Below are positions 52,475-54,422 of a stretch of 54,422 nt of DNA, in pieces. The stretch's first letter is position 1; the number at the start of each line of letters is the position of its first letter. Origin of the DNA: an uncultured Pseudomonadales bacterium (GTDB lineage: Bacteria > Patescibacteriota > Microgenomatia > UBA1400 > UBA12028); the NCBI GenBank assembly GCA_964492495.1, contig CAZBKJ010000003.1, positions 1 to 54,422 on the forward strand, read 5' to 3'. Under the pieces are notes generated by a model. It saw nothing but the letters and a program-made list of their open reading frames with translations. It was not told the origin of the DNA and ran no database searches. The translations under genes and the position numbers were made by a program.

Positions 52475-54022
52475 ATGTTTGCAAAAATACTGCAGCGTCG
52501 CTTTTTTTGGATTCTTTCTATCAGCCTGTTTCTCTCTGCGACACTGTTTTCCAATTTACAGTATGCGAAGTGGTCACCAATCGATGATCACGAGATCATG
52601 GTTTTTTTAAAAGGCGCGCAGAGAATTACACTCCATGACGCCTGGCAACTATGGACACGTGATCTATCTGGAACCAGGCGATTCCATCCTGCATACTCGT
52701 TCCTTCGAGTATTGGAAACGCTTTTGTGGGGTGACAATCTAACTCTGTGGTATAGCTTTCGTATACTCATATTTGGATGCACATTCGCGCTCACATGGTA
52801 TTTCTGCACTCCAGTACTGGGATTCGTATTATCCTTTCTCCTTACGCTAACATTCTTCACACAAGGATTCTGGGCAGATATTGTCGGGAGACTAGGGCCT
52901 GCTGAAATATATGCTGTTCTTGGTGCAACAATCACAGGCGTCGGATTCTTCCCACTGTACGTAAGCCTACTTCATGAGAGAACAATAGAAAAAAACTGGT
53001 GGAGATACGTGGCTCTTGGTACATGCATAACTGTGTTTTCAAAAGAAAACATGATCGTATTTGTGGTTCCGATTGTTTTTCTGTTCATCGTGACTATTGG
53101 CAAGCGAAGACTCACGCAAACAGCGCTCATTGCTTTTTTTCTTATTGGTCTTACAACCATAGGAACTGTAGTTGGAATCACTGATATTGCAAAAACCTAT
53201 GGCAGTGACGTGTATGGAAACTCATTGGGGGCACAGAGCCGGGTAGAACTCGTAAAGACGACAGTCATGCTAAAAACCTCACTTGTCTTGATTGCGTTCG
53301 TTGTCACTTCATTTATTTTCTTTCTTTTTTCTGATCACTCAAGAAAAAAGCTCTGGATTTCTGTATTTTTTGTCCTCCTATTTGCAGAAAGCTTGTTTAT
53401 TAGTCAATTTGTCTTCTATGTCGGAAAATGGCCTACACAAACTCGGTATGATTTTCCTGGGATACTTTTTTCTTTTTTCATGCTGATTGTAGCTTGTCGA
53501 GTGTTCTTACTTGGAAGAAAAATCTTTTCTCAAAGAAAAACATACCTTCAGCTTTCATACGCGCTGATCTGCTTCTTCGCTTTCTTCTACTTCGTAAAAA
53601 CCCAACAAATCCGATCACTACAGACCGATGTGTCTACCTATACTTCTATGACGAGAAGATATAGTGAAGGGGTAGAACGAATACTCCTCGCCTCTACATA
53701 CCCACCAGATAAAAATGTCATTATTGAATCCACTTCCACTAATGATTTGGAAACAATTCATGCAATCGGTGTGTATATCAGACAGTCAAATCTGCATCCC
53801 AAGCTATTCCTTCGAGTTCATCAAACGCCAGCGGATGTGTTCTTTGATCCTTTTCACACGTCTTTGCTTCTTAGCCTCCAAAAATCCTCCACTGAGGGAA
53901 CGGACATTTTTATGCCGCTTGAGAAACTGAATGAGAAATTGCCGTGCATTTCTTTTTTCCTCAATGAAAAAAAAGATACCGAGTGTGTGGAGTATTACAT
54001 CGTAGATACACAGTTTCGCTAA
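52475..54022 (+). CDS. Polytopic membrane protein, putative GT-C-like glycosyltransferase
   Basis: Start set to ATG 52475 (MFAKILQRRFFWIL). The acidic first loop is WSPIDDHEIMVFL. There are about 11 TM segments and a C-terminal soluble domain. Confidence 0.5.
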   Translation: MFAKILQRRFFWILSISLFLSATLFSNLQYAKWSPIDDHEIMVFLKGAQRITLHDAWQLWTRDLSGTRRFHPAYSFLRVLETLLWGDNLTLWYSFRILIFGCTFALTWYFCTPVLGFVLSFLLTLTFFTQGFWADIVGRLGPAEIYAVLGATITGVGFFPLYVSLLHERTIEKNWWRYVALGTCITVFSKENMIVFVVPIVFLFIVTIGKRRLTQTALIAFFLIGLTTIGTVVGITDIAKTYGSDVYGNSLGAQSRVELVKTTVMLKTSLVLIAFVVTSFIFFLFSDHSRKKLWISVFFVLLFAESLFISQFVFYVGKWPTQTRYDFPGILFSFFMLIVACRVFLLGRKIFSQRKTYLQLSYALICFFAFFYFVKTQQIRSLQTDVSTYTSMTRRYSEGVERILLASTYPPDKNVIIESTSTNDLETIHAIGVYIRQSNLHPKLFLRVHQTPADVFFDPFHTSLLLSLQKSSTEGTDIFMPLEKLNEKLPCISFFLNEKKDTECVEYYIVDTQFR

Positions 54023-54037
54023 AACGGGCGTGAAGAA

Positions 54038-54422
54038 TTATGGACACAAGGAATAGACTTCAAAGCGAACATTTCCCAATCTATCGATAATCGGGGTGGG
54101 GAAACTCCCTTGTGGCATGTTTTCCAAAATTTCTTGTCTCGCTGTAGAAAGCATGGTTTGATCCTCTGGTCGAAGAACGACATCTGCACATACAGTTTGT
54201 CCCTTTTGAAGCCTGTTTTTCACTTCTGATACGTTTCCAGCCTGTGCATCAAAACTTAATTCATCAATTTGTAGCTTGCCATCAGAGAAAAAGAGGAGGT
54301 TTGTTGCAATTCCCCAGTCTCCAGTAATTACCAGTTTCTTCCCTGCAACTTTATGATAGACATTCTCAATTGCACAACTATATGAACCTCGTCCACAAGT
54401 TTCTTCAAATCCGCTCTGAAAC
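54038..54422 (-). CDS. Hypothetical protein, 5'-truncated by the window edge (C-terminal 127 aa seen)
   Basis: The - strand frame that ends at TAA 54038-54040 stays open to base 54422 (...FQSGFEETCGRGSYSCAIENVYHKVAGKKLVITGDWGIATN...). The listed 61-aa ORF is only its tail. No motif was recognised. Confidence 0.4.
   Translation of the reverse strand, partial: FQSGFEETCGRGSYSCAIENVYHKVAGKKLVITGDWGIATNLLFFSDGKLQIDELSFDAQAGNVSEVKNRLQKGQTVCADVVLRPEDQTMLSTARQEILENMPQGSFPTPIIDRLGNVRFEVYSLCP

Noticed and set aside
1-54422. Alternative genetic code (UGA recoding, as in some candidate phyla)
   Set aside because: TGA terminates several ORFs at paralogue-consistent lengths and takes part in ATGA/GTGA stop-start overlaps. 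No family-conserved protein needs read-through of TGA.
1-54422. Mobile element, prophage or defence island
   Set aside because: No transposase, integrase, recombinase, phage structural, toxin-antitoxin, restriction-modification or nuclease/helicase-type ORFs were recognised. Only small non-autonomous repeats are present.

Overview
The window is almost entirely coding, with about 50 genes, mostly on the + strand. Many have 4-nt ATGA/GTGA start-stop overlaps, which suggests long translationally coupled operons. Standard code 11 fits, since TGA clearly acts as a stop. The dominant theme is envelope glycan assembly. There is a nucleotide-sugar block (ugd, rmd-like, gmd; later fcl and a GalE-like epimerase). 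I count 11 GT2 glycosyltransferases, three of which look like polyprenol-phosphate-sugar synthases, and 3 GT4 enzymes. There is one Wzx-type flippase, plus a methyltransferase, a hexapeptide acetyltransferase and an AsnB-type amidotransferase. Most unusually, there are about 14 large polytopic membrane proteins. Most of these carry GT-C (ArnT/PMT/GT39-, GT87-like) first-loop motifs and fall into recognisable paralogue families, and one is frameshifted. No initiating phosphoglycosyltransferase, Wzy/Wzz, ABC exporter, transposase, integrase, tRNA, rRNA or CRISPR array was seen. A second, unrelated module at 41.8-45.7 kb is redox-related: L-lactate dehydrogenase, a Crp-family regulator, an in-frame VKOR::dihydroorotate-dehydrogenase fusion preceded by a near-consensus CRP-type box, and an MsrQ/ferric-reductase-like b-type cytochrome membrane protein. 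An Fe/Mn superoxide dismutase lies at 20.3 kb. The few intergenic gaps (2.1, 3.2-3.4, 17.3-17.6, 22.6-22.9 kb) are not random. They hold TAG-rich 8-9-nt arrays, 7-nt-periodic purine-rich arrays, and a family of long hairpins with conserved flanks but different stems. A related oddity is an (AAAATCC)n heptamer tract found nearly identically inside two unrelated genes. Gene content and compactness are reminiscent of a small-genome fermentative bacterium of the CPR/Patescibacteria type, but that is inference only. All family calls rest on motifs read by eye, without database searches.
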